Source: Nitrospirota bacterium | Lineage (GTDB): Bacteria; Nitrospirota; UBA9217 | Direction: 5' to 3' | NCBI GenBank assembly: GCA_963663225.1 | Contig: OY760142.1 | Coordinates: 3,168,001 to 3,232,000 of the forward strand | DNA length: 64,000 nucleotides | In this document: piece after piece, positions 42,925-50,506 of the stretch | Layout: every line of letters starts with the position of its first letter | Position numbering within the stretch: the first letter of the stretch is position 1 | The notes under the pieces: model-generated | Database searches by the model: none | What the model saw: only the letters and a program-made list of their open reading frames with translations | Told to the model about the DNA's origin: nothing | Translations under genes and position numbers: made by a program

Positions 42925-42993
42925 ACAATAAAAATCACTTCAGTACAAGAGTATTTCAACTGCTCAGGTACAAGCAAAAAACACGCCGCCGCC

Positions 42994-43920
42994 TTACCTC
43001 CGTCTTGCCCGCTGGCGGGAAAACATGCCTGGCGAGGTAATCCCTTGCAGGCGTCTGCGTTTCAGTATCTCCTGACTCTGAGGAGACGACAATCCGGTCG
43101 GGCCACCATAAAGCTGCAGAAACTCCTCATCCAGAAGCATCCATTCGTCATCCAGAATATCCGACACCCCATCACGAGGCATGGTAATGTAATTCGACCG
43201 GACCAGGGTTAAGAACTTCCCTTCGGGTGAAAGCAGTCCCAAATCAGCGCAGAAGGAGTGGGACGGCCTTCCAAAATCAAAATACCAGCTGCCGGTTTGT
43301 TCCGAAACCTCCTGATCGTAATACCCGATGGCATTCCTGCCATCAAACTGGACACCGGTTATGTCATAAACCCGGATGCAGAGTCTGCTGTCCCATCCGA
43401 ACCAATTCCGCTCCTTCGCAACCCGTCCCGGCGCCACTTCCCAGTATGCAAACGCTATAAACGGATCTCTCGACAAAAGAGTGATCTTTTCTTCTCCATA
43501 TGACAGGGGAAGGTCTCCGTGTGCCTCAACCATCGGCTGCAACGCAGGGCCGGTATAATACTTGGCCTCAGCCACCCGTTCCTGTGCTATAAATGGCTCC
43601 TCCGACTTCGGAGGAATTTTCCATTCAAGATTCGGCATGTCGGTTTTCCGAGTTTTTTCTACCGGTTCTTTTTTTATAGATTCAGCCTTCTGCACCCTGA
43701 AGTCTTCCGGAGCTTTATCCGATTTGCTCCCGATTTTCCTCGCTGCAAGCGAAATCTGCTGAACGTTTCTTTCCATTGCCGGTTTTTTGATGTCTATTTC
43801 TTTTTTCAGAAGTGCAATAATGTCCGCCTTTTTTGCTTTTGCTGGCAGAGAAACACTCCTCTCTTTAGCCAGGGCTTTGAGTTTCGCTACGGTCATAGCA
43901 GTCAGATCTGTTTTTTTCAT
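42994..43920 (-). CDS. DUF4912 protein with N-terminal Rho_N-like HeH domain
   Basis: MTVAKLKALAK...KKADII; LPLSYGEEKITLLSRDP...AYWE, LRVYDIT-like motif, RSNYITMP; typical neighbour of GH57. Confidence 0.85.
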   Translation of the reverse strand: MKKTDLTAMTVAKLKALAKERSVSLPAKAKKADIIALLKKEIDIKKPAMERNVQQISLAARKIGSKSDKAPEDFRVQKAESIKKEPVEKTRKTDMPNLEWKIPPKSEEPFIAQERVAEAKYYTGPALQPMVEAHGDLPLSYGEEKITLLSRDPFIAFAYWEVAPGRVAKERNWFGWDSRLCIRVYDITGVQFDGRNAIGYYDQEVSEQTGSWYFDFGRPSHSFCADLGLLSPEGKFLTLVRSNYITMPRDGVSDILDDEWMLLDEEFLQLYGGPTGLSSPQSQEILKRRRLQGITSPGMFSRQRARRR

Positions 43921-43962
43921 CTCAAACCCCCTTTCGTGTAGCTAAAGTCCGTTTACGAATAA

Positions 43963-43990
43963 ACTATAGCATAAAACGCACTATTGTCAA
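43963..43990 (-). promoter_or_regulatory. sigma70 promoter of the DUF4912 gene
   Basis: TTGACA-16 nt-TATAGT with an extended TG. Confidence 0.6.
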
Positions 43991-44092
43991 ACCGCACACG
44001 CGCAAACCGAATGAACAGGATAGTGCGGTGGAAAAAATGGTACTTACGATACTCTTTTGTGTTCGAGATGAGAATTGTGCTAATATAAGGAC

Positions 44093-46075
44093 ATGCACGA
44101 AGGCGATCCCACCATACTGCGAGAACTTATTCTGCTGCTTGCGGTCTCGCTGCCAATAACCTATCTCTTCCACCGGGCAAAACTTCCCGCACTCGTCGGT
44201 TTCTTAATTACCGGCGCGCTGATCGGCCCCTATGGAGCGGCAATCATCACCGAAACCAGCGTGGTGGAGCGGCTCGCCGATATTGGTGTAGTGCTGCTCC
44301 TTTTTTCAGTCGGACTGGAATTTTCCATCGCGGATATTCTGAAATCGAGCCGTTCTTTCCTGATCGGCGGCGGCATGCAGGTGGCCTTGACCATTGCCGC
44401 AATTACAGGAATAGCACTCCTGTTCAATTTTCCGCTTCCGCAATCCATTTTTTTCGGATTCCTCGCGGCCCTCAGCAGCACGGCCATCGTGCTTAAAATG
44501 TACACTGACCGTAATGAACTGGACACCGCGCATGGCAGAATCGTCACCGGAATTCTTCTGTTTCAGGATATCGCCGTAGTTCCCATGATGTTGCTGCTGC
44601 CCGTACTGATCAATGCGAGCAGCGGCGGCATGATAACCCCTTTGTCGGTTCTGACGTCGCTGAGCAAGGCCGCCCTGGGGCTGATCGTCATTTATTTTGC
44701 CGCCAGACAGATCGTTCCCTTTCTCCTTTATCAGGTCATCAGGCTCAGAAATCGTGAAATCTTTTTCCTTCTGATCGTTCTACTCTGTCTCGGCACGGCA
44801 TGGATCACCTACAATCTCGGTCTTTCGCTCGCTTTGGGAGCATTTCTCGCAGGTCTCATCATTTCCGAGTCTGAATACAGCCATCACATCGTGGCCCAGA
44901 TCATCCCGTTTCGAGACTATTTTACGAGCATTTTCTTTATCTCGGTCGGCATGCTTCTGCATACTTCCTATTTTCAGCTTCACTGGCCGGTTCTTCTGCT
45001 CATCGCTATCTTCCTTATTGTGCTGAAAACCATCCTCGTAATTCTTACCACGGCCGCGCTGCGGTATCCGCTCCGCACCTCTCTCCTGACAGGTCTCGGC
45101 CTTGCTCAGATCGGAGAGTTTTCCTTTCTTCTTGCGCAACAGGGCACTACCAGCGGTCTTATGGGTCCGGACATGTTTCAAATGTTCGTCAACGCCTCCA
45201 TTCTCAGCATGCTAGCCGCTCCTTTCCTTATCCAGCTGTCACCCTGGATCGCGGCCCGCATCACCGAGATTGCACCAGAACACGAGGAAAAAGACAAGGG
45301 GTGTTCGCTGACCGGCCACACAATTATCGCCGGGTACGGTTTGAACGGCAGAAACCTTGCCAAGACACTCAAATCAACAAAAATTCCCTACGTCGTATTG
45401 GAAGTGAACGCTGATGTTATCAGAAAAGCGCGGGAAGAAGGCGAACCGCTTATCTATGGCGATATTACTAAGCATGATGTACTGCAACGCGCCGGCATCG
45501 AATGCGCAAAAATAATCGTATTTGCAATTTCCGACCACGCGGCGACACGAATTGCACTGAGGCTTGCGCGGCAGCTTAACCCCTCGATTTTCATTCTCAT
45601 TCGCACACGGTATGCAGCAGACGTGGATGAACTCTATAAACTCGGCGCAAACCAGGTCATACCGGAAGAGTTCGAAACTTCCATAGAAATTTTTTCACGC
45701 GTGCTCCACGAATATCACATACCGGCAAATGTCATTGCCAACCAAATCCAGCTGGTACGATTCAGCGGATACAAAATGCTGCGGGGGATTTCACTGGACC
45801 AGGAGAACCTCGGACGCATCGCCGCCCTGTTCGCCGGGACCACGGTAGACAATATTCAGATTGAACAGGCTTCCTCCGCTTCCGGCAAATCTCTTCGGGA
45901 ACTCGATATCCGAAAACATACAGGTGCAACGGTTGTGGCCGTCGCAAGAAACGGCGAAGCAATCACGAACCCCGAACCGGGTTTTATATTACTCAGCGGC
46001 GATATTGTGGTGCTTCTTGGTGCGCATGCTGATTTGGACAAAGCAACAAACCTTCTTGTCAAGGGCGGCAACTAA
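44093..46075 (+). CDS. CPA2 cation:proton antiporter (Kef-type) with TrkA-N and TrkA-C domains
   Basis: GVVLLLFSVGLE, LSSTAIV, ILLFQD, LAQIGEFSF, GYGLNG Rossmann motif, RCK_C domain. Confidence 0.92.
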   Translation: MHEGDPTILRELILLLAVSLPITYLFHRAKLPALVGFLITGALIGPYGAAIITETSVVERLADIGVVLLLFSVGLEFSIADILKSSRSFLIGGGMQVALTIAAITGIALLFNFPLPQSIFFGFLAALSSTAIVLKMYTDRNELDTAHGRIVTGILLFQDIAVVPMMLLLPVLINASSGGMITPLSVLTSLSKAALGLIVIYFAARQIVPFLLYQVIRLRNREIFFLLIVLLCLGTAWITYNLGLSLALGAFLAGLIISESEYSHHIVAQIIPFRDYFTSIFFISVGMLLHTSYFQLHWPVLLLIAIFLIVLKTILVILTTAALRYPLRTSLLTGLGLAQIGEFSFLLAQQGTTSGLMGPDMFQMFVNASILSMLAAPFLIQLSPWIAARITEIAPEHEEKDKGCSLTGHTIIAGYGLNGRNLAKTLKSTKIPYVVLEVNADVIRKAREEGEPLIYGDITKHDVLQRAGIECAKIIVFAISDHAATRIALRLARQLNPSIFILIRTRYAADVDELYKLGANQVIPEEFETSIEIFSRVLHEYHIPANVIANQIQLVRFSGYKMLRGISLDQENLGRIAALFAGTTVDNIQIEQASSASGKSLRELDIRKHTGATVVAVARNGEAITNPEPGFILLSGDIVVLLGAHADLDKATNLLVKGGN

Positions 46076-46120
46076 TCCAGCAACGGTCCGAACAGGCAGA
46101 CGGAATGCATCATAATCTTG

Positions 46121-46149
46121 TTTTCAACACGGTCGATATCAGGTATAAT
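46121..46149 (+). promoter_or_regulatory. sigma70-like promoter of tRNA-Sec
   Basis: TTTTCA-17 nt-TATAAT about 60 nt upstream of the tRNA. Confidence 0.55.
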
Positions 46150-46209
46150 ACGATTTCTTTAAGATCGATTTTTTGGTTGCTCGTCGCTGCAGCTCTGAGA
46201 TTAAGATAT

Positions 46210-46308
46210 GGGAGAGGTTACGGTGCTGGTGCCCGTCCCGGACTTCAAATCCGCTGTTTCCCGGCTTCGGTCGGGAAAGGTGAGTTCGATTCTCATGCTC
46301 TCCCGCCA
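46210..46308 (+). tRNA. selC: tRNA-Sec (anticodon UCA)
   Basis: Acceptor GGGAGAG/CTCTCCC, D arm with 4-nt TGGT loop, anticodon loop CTTCAAA (TCA at 46245-46247), long variable arm TTTCCCGGC-TTCG-GTCGGGAAA, T arm GTGAG-TTCGATT-CTCAT, encoded GCCA end. Confidence 0.93.
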
Positions 46309-46372
46309 TAAAACTTAATAAAATCAATCATATTATACTTGAAAAGTGTAACCGTGGACGTACCGTATGGAA

Positions 46373-47131
46373 TTATTCAATCTTCCTTACCGTCCAGAAG
46401 TCTTCAGCGTAGTTATTATTTTCTATAAACTCATACGGCATCCAGAAGTACCCACCTTGTCCCCAATCTTCTCCCCATGAGTTACGGATAAGGAACATTC
46501 CTTTAATATCGTCGTAACCTACGGCTAGAACAGCGTGACCGCCTAACATGGATTCGCTTCTTTCCGGCATAGGCATAATACCAGTCTGAGAAACTTCGTT
46601 AGACTCGAAAGAATCAAATACAGAAAAACCGAATACAAACGGGTATCCGTCAGCTAAACAGTATTTCATGTTATAAAGTGATTCTTGATCGGTGTCTATT
46701 CTATGGTAAGAAATTACGTGATATTTCTCTCCTTCTTGATAAGCTTCTTGAGAAGGTTCCACGGCGAATTGGTCTATATCATAAGGCCAAGTTTTTTCAA
46801 GGCAAGCACCGTACTGAGCTATAACTTTCATTCCGGTTCTTATTTGTGCGCCGGAGTCCTCGTCTATGTTACCTTCCTTCTTCCGCTCGTTGTAATAAAT
46901 AAAGAGCCTTGAAAAGTCCACGGATTTACCCAAGACACGCTTTTCAAGAAACTCCATTGCACTACCGATCGCGTTCGCCGTACAGCTTCCCAGGTCTCCT
47001 TGATTTTCAATCTGAGTACAGAATTTTCTTAGGTCAACTCTTGTAGGAAGGACTTTAGGTTCTTTACGAATAGCCTTAAATTTCTTATCCCGGAAATCGG
47101 GTATGTCTCTTTTCCATCCGTACTTTCTCAT
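46373..47131 (-). CDS. Papain-family (C1A, xylellain-like) cysteine protease
   Basis: YGWKRDIPDFRD pro-like N-terminus, QGDLGSCTANA, FSRLFIYYNER, GGHAVLAVGYDD, IRNSWG..WG..GYFW. Confidence 0.93.
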   Translation of the reverse strand: MRKYGWKRDIPDFRDKKFKAIRKEPKVLPTRVDLRKFCTQIENQGDLGSCTANAIGSAMEFLEKRVLGKSVDFSRLFIYYNERKKEGNIDEDSGAQIRTGMKVIAQYGACLEKTWPYDIDQFAVEPSQEAYQEGEKYHVISYHRIDTDQESLYNMKYCLADGYPFVFGFSVFDSFESNEVSQTGIMPMPERSESMLGGHAVLAVGYDDIKGMFLIRNSWGEDWGQGGYFWMPYEFIENNNYAEDFWTVRKIE

Positions 47132-47265
47132 TCTTTTACCTCACAAGGAAACTGCTGGCAGCTCATCCTAGCTTTTACTTGGATATTCCAATCAAAGTAA
47201 ACTTTCTTAGGTGGGTCTGCGAAGTGTAAATTTAGTACAAATATTACGGAGAATGCCAACGTCAT
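47128..47265 (-). CDS. Small 45-aa protein with hydrophobic N-terminus (MTLAFSVIFVLNLHFADPPKKVYFDWNIQVKARMSCQQFPCEVKE)
   Basis: Read by hand; fills the gap exactly, its TGA overlaps the protease ATG (ATGA), and it overlaps the upstream gene's 3' end in another frame. Confidence 0.45.
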   Translation of the reverse strand: MTLAFSVIFVLNLHFADPPKKVYFDWNIQVKARMSCQQFPCEVKE

Positions 47266-47863
47266 AATTAATTGGTTCCCATTGAAATTCTTCCCACAAT
47301 ACTGAAGGTGAAATTCTTGTTATGTTCCACTTCTTAAAAATAGGTTCCCCTGCATACCTGTCCGTGTGCTTATAAATATCAGCGACGTAAGCAGAGCAGA
47401 ACCTTGCTCCGGGCCAATGTAAAGGTACGGGCCAGCGTCTAATAAAAGGGAAAATACCTTCAAGTGGTGTCAGAATATCCACCAGTTTTCCAAAAATTCC
47501 TGAATAGTCGTAAGGATTACCCAGGAGTGATACGCCGTACTTAAAACCTTGCTGGATCGCTGTCATGTCCACGCCGTTAGGTGTACGACGTATCACTAAA
47601 CAATGTTTATTATCGAAAAATTTACTTAGGTTAGATGGTACAATACCTTCTACTGTAGCCTCCAATCCCTTGCCTTCACCAACCACGTAAACAACGTGCC
47701 CCGGTTCCTTACCGTCTATCCCAACCAACTTACCAAAGCCTGTAGACTCTTCCATGCTCTCAAAAAATGAAATCCCATCTGAGAGCATAGAATCATCCGT
47801 GTGCATAAATAGAGCATCACCCGCTATGTAGTCAACTCCATACGTAGGTTGTTTGGATAACAA
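47207..47863 (-). CDS. Permuted papain-like NlpC/P60 (YiiX/YaeF-like) amidase/acyltransferase
   Basis: GD.LF, N-terminal His (GHVVYV), G.PYDY, FCSAYVADIY (Cys after His), ISP; GGAG RBS before TTG. Confidence 0.75.
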   Translation of the reverse strand: MLSKQPTYGVDYIAGDALFMHTDDSMLSDGISFFESMEESTGFGKLVGIDGKEPGHVVYVVGEGKGLEATVEGIVPSNLSKFFDNKHCLVIRRTPNGVDMTAIQQGFKYGVSLLGNPYDYSGIFGKLVDILTPLEGIFPFIRRWPVPLHWPGARFCSAYVADIYKHTDRYAGEPIFKKWNITRISPSVLWEEFQWEPINYDVGILRNICTKFTLRRPT

Positions 47864-47864
47864 T

Positions 47865-48047
47865 TTATACTCCTGTTACGTCAGAATCTTTTGCGAAAAG
47901 CAACCCAAAAGAAGTAAGGATTGCTATAATATTTGCCAAAGTATCACTAGTAAAATGAGTGATATCAAGTACCTGAGTAGCAGCCAAAACAGCACCCACT
48001 ACACCAACAACCGTCGTTTTCCAGTTTTTAATTATTAATGACCACAT
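47865..48047 (-). CDS. Holin-like two-TM protein
   Basis: KNWKTTVVG...two TM helices...GLLFAKD, a pattern of small phage holins; AGGAGG RBS. Confidence 0.75.
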   Translation of the reverse strand: MWSLIIKNWKTTVVGVVGAVLAATQVLDITHFTSDTLANIIAILTSFGLLFAKDSDVTGV

Positions 48048-48055
48048 ATTTCCTC

Positions 48056-48481
48056 CTAGACCGCCGTCCCACCGGCAGCGTTATTTACTATGATCGCCAA
48101 AGCGCGAAGCTCAGTCAGTTTTGCAAGCTCATCCGTTACGCCGTCAGTATTGAAAATCTCAAGAATCTTGTCCTGATACGCAAACAGCAAAGCCGTAATA
48201 GCCGCTTGTTCTGCAAGCGTAAGTCCGGAAGTCTTGATATAAGACTCAACCAACGTGACTAGCGTAGTCGTATCAGGAATAAGTTTTCCGTCAATACCGT
48301 CAACAACCTTCTGTGAAATTTCCTGTACTGGTTCTGCGTATTCAGGATGAAGAACCAAAGCCGTCTTAATTGCTACTTTCATCAATTCCTGTACTTTCGG
48401 CATATTCAGAACATCGGTAATATGCAAATACTCCAAAATCTTGTTAAACAAATCAATGATAATCCCTAGAACCTTGCTCAT
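48056..48481 (-). CDS. Hypothetical alpha-helical phage protein
   Basis: ATGA coupling with the DUF5675-like gene. Confidence 0.7.
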   Translation of the reverse strand: MSKVLGIIIDLFNKILEYLHITDVLNMPKVQELMKVAIKTALVLHPEYAEPVQEISQKVVDGIDGKLIPDTTTLVTLVESYIKTSGLTLAEQAAITALLFAYQDKILEIFNTDGVTDELAKLTELRALAIIVNNAAGGTAV

Positions 48482-48858
48482 ACTCCATTCCTCCGTATAG
48501 TTAAATTAAATTCTTTTACTCCACTCAATCGGTGCATCAACAATCTAAAAGCTTTTTCTGAATTACTTATTGATTTATCACCTCCAAATTCTGTCCCGAC
48601 CAAAATACAACCCAACGTGTCTTTAGGATAATTTCCTATATGTATCTGTACATCTGTCCTATCTGGTACGTCCTGTAATTCATAACAGATACCGTGTTTA
48701 GGAGAATTTACTAACTTGCCTTTATAAGTACCTTCAGGAATGCAGGAGATGTTTTCTTTATTGTCTTTCCAAGGAAGCTCTAGAGTAACAAGAAAAGGCA
48801 CCACATCAGCAAGCACTCCAAAAGTACAATCATTCGCATACCAACGAGTGAGAATCAT
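48478..48858 (-). CDS. DUF5675-like protein (L,D-transpeptidase-like; putative endolysin)
   Basis: TFG.L, TLELPWKDN...SCIPEGTY, VPDRT...IHIGNYPKDTLGCILVG; start placed at ATG 48858 (ATGA overlap). Confidence 0.85.
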   Translation of the reverse strand: MILTRWYANDCTFGVLADVVPFLVTLELPWKDNKENISCIPEGTYKGKLVNSPKHGICYELQDVPDRTDVQIHIGNYPKDTLGCILVGTEFGGDKSISNSEKAFRLLMHRLSGVKEFNLTIRRNGV

Positions 48859-49094
48859 TTCCCAAATAATCCCTTTACCCAGGTTGCCGCGCCCCATACT
48901 ATCAAAGTAAGAACGGCTACAATTATTGAACCAACAGCGGTCTTTGTCGCGGTTGAAGTAATTCTGTCTCTGGTAATTCTCAAATCCTTAATGAAGCAAT
49001 GATCCTGATAATGCTGTTCTCTTTCTACATAGAAAGACTTCATTTCATTTCTCATTACTTCTTGAATTGCCAATTGCAGTTCTTCTTTGGTCAT
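48855..49094 (-). CDS. Small protein with C-terminal TM helix (lysis-region membrane protein)
   Basis: AAGAAGGA RBS before ATG 49094; GSIIVAVLTLIVWGAATWV. Confidence 0.7.
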   Translation of the reverse strand: MTKEELQLAIQEVMRNEMKSFYVEREQHYQDHCFIKDLRITRDRITSTATKTAVGSIIVAVLTLIVWGAATWVKGLFGK

Positions 49095-49096
49095 GG

Positions 49097-49246
49097 TTAA
49101 TCCTTCTTGGTGGTTAATTGCGGGCAGTAGCATGGATTAAACCATGTAAGATTTATTCCATTCCAGTAGCAATATCCGCATATACAGTGATAATGATTAA
49201 GTCCGGCCTGTTGCTCAAGTTCACGATTACACTTAGGGCAGTTCAT
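49097..49246 (-). CDS. 49-aa Cys-rich zinc-ribbon protein (MNCPKCNRELEQQAGLNHYHCICGYCYWNGINLTWFNPCYCPQLTTKKD)
   Basis: Read by hand; ATG overlaps the ATP-grasp TGA, stop lies 2 nt before the next ATG; CPKC...CICGY motif. Confidence 0.75.
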   Translation of the reverse strand: MNCPKCNRELEQQAGLNHYHCICGYCYWNGINLTWFNPCYCPQLTTKKD

Positions 49247-50505
49247 TTAAAATCAATACCTACCGACTTGGCTTTTTCAATATATTCTTTGGTAGTCTCG
49301 AAACAATGCTCATCATATTCTATGGAATCTGCCGATACAGATTCAGCGTTCTTTAAGGCCATGCCTTCAGCTTCTTCTAGCGTCTTTCCTATTCCCACGG
49401 CAGAACCTACTATATCCCACCCTTCCTGTGGTATGTATTTCCATGAATTATTTATCCGACAAAGATTCTGAAATTTAAGATACGGATATGCGCTTTCAGG
49501 AAATTCTATAACAGTAGGTTCCTTTTCTGCCCAAGTAGAAGTCAGGTTTATTTCGCATACATAAGGCGCTACCCATTCAAGATTGATTTTCTTTCCTGTA
49601 GCTATGGCGTAAACGGCCTGATTGAAATTCTTACAGTTTACCGTTATAGAAGCAGACGGAGGCATACCAGCCCTCATCGTAGCGTCATTCCAGTAAGGTT
49701 TTTTGTCTTTAGCGGTTCTTACTTCAGTTGAAAACATTCCGCGAGGCTTAGTCTTTTTGTAAAAAGGAATGGACTTTAACAAGACTTCCCTGATTGGCTT
49801 TGGCAGGTTGTTTGTTTTCTCAACTTTCGCCGTATATGACTTCCCTTTTTTCTCAAATCCCCAAAGGCAGGTATCGAAATAACCTTGATCCGAAATAAAA
49901 TGATCCGATCCTGCCTCTTCAGCTTCTATGGTTTCTTCTATAACACCCTCTATCCGAGAAGCGTAAGCCCCTGCTTTATAGTAAAGATAGTTAAGTCGGC
50001 TTTCCGACTGAGTGTAATTTACATGCTGAAAAGTTTCTGTTAGTCCTCGAAATCTTGAAATCTTCACAAATCTCTTTTCGTTTTTTCTTAAAAACTCATC
50101 GAGTGCATCTAAACCGTAAAAAGGTTCATAGGGAATTACCGGAAGATTCATTTTCTTTAATTCTTCCTTAAACCGTATACGGTCTACTTCTAGGATTTCA
50201 GAATTACCCATTGAGAATACGTTGTATCCTTGGTTTCGGAGTTCTATAGCCATATCTCCGTCACCTACATCAAAAAAGCATATCAAGTCTCTCTTAGGGT
50301 CTAATTCTTTCTTGGCTGACCAGAAATCATAGATATTATTTACTCCTGGTAGACCTTCCCCGATCATGGCCTTGTCAACTCTCGGTAATGAACCTTTGTA
50401 TGGAGTGTAATAATTTACCTGCTTAAAATCTTCAGCAAGCTTTTGAGCGATAAAAGAAAACGGCCCATTGTCCCACATTAATACATTGATATTAGAAAGC
50501 TTCAT
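49243..50505 (-). CDS. Divergent PurD/GARS-like ATP-grasp ligase
   Basis: LEVDRIRFKEELKKMNLP, FVKIS, VIEETIEAEE, DATMRAGMPP (cf. EFNCRFGDPE), C-domain VGSAVGIGKTLEEA. Confidence 0.75.
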   Translation of the reverse strand: MKLSNINVLMWDNGPFSFIAQKLAEDFKQVNYYTPYKGSLPRVDKAMIGEGLPGVNNIYDFWSAKKELDPKRDLICFFDVGDGDMAIELRNQGYNVFSMGNSEILEVDRIRFKEELKKMNLPVIPYEPFYGLDALDEFLRKNEKRFVKISRFRGLTETFQHVNYTQSESRLNYLYYKAGAYASRIEGVIEETIEAEEAGSDHFISDQGYFDTCLWGFEKKGKSYTAKVEKTNNLPKPIREVLLKSIPFYKKTKPRGMFSTEVRTAKDKKPYWNDATMRAGMPPSASITVNCKNFNQAVYAIATGKKINLEWVAPYVCEINLTSTWAEKEPTVIEFPESAYPYLKFQNLCRINNSWKYIPQEGWDIVGSAVGIGKTLEEAEGMALKNAESVSADSIEYDEHCFETTKEYIEKAKSVGIDFK

Positions 50506-50506
50506 A

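Noticed and set aside
46105-46327. Short ORFs on both strands over the tRNA
   Set aside because: Fully explained by the tRNA-Sec cloverleaf
49243-50505. Calling the ATP-grasp gene purD
   Set aside because: Lacks the PurD signature motifs and purine-pathway context
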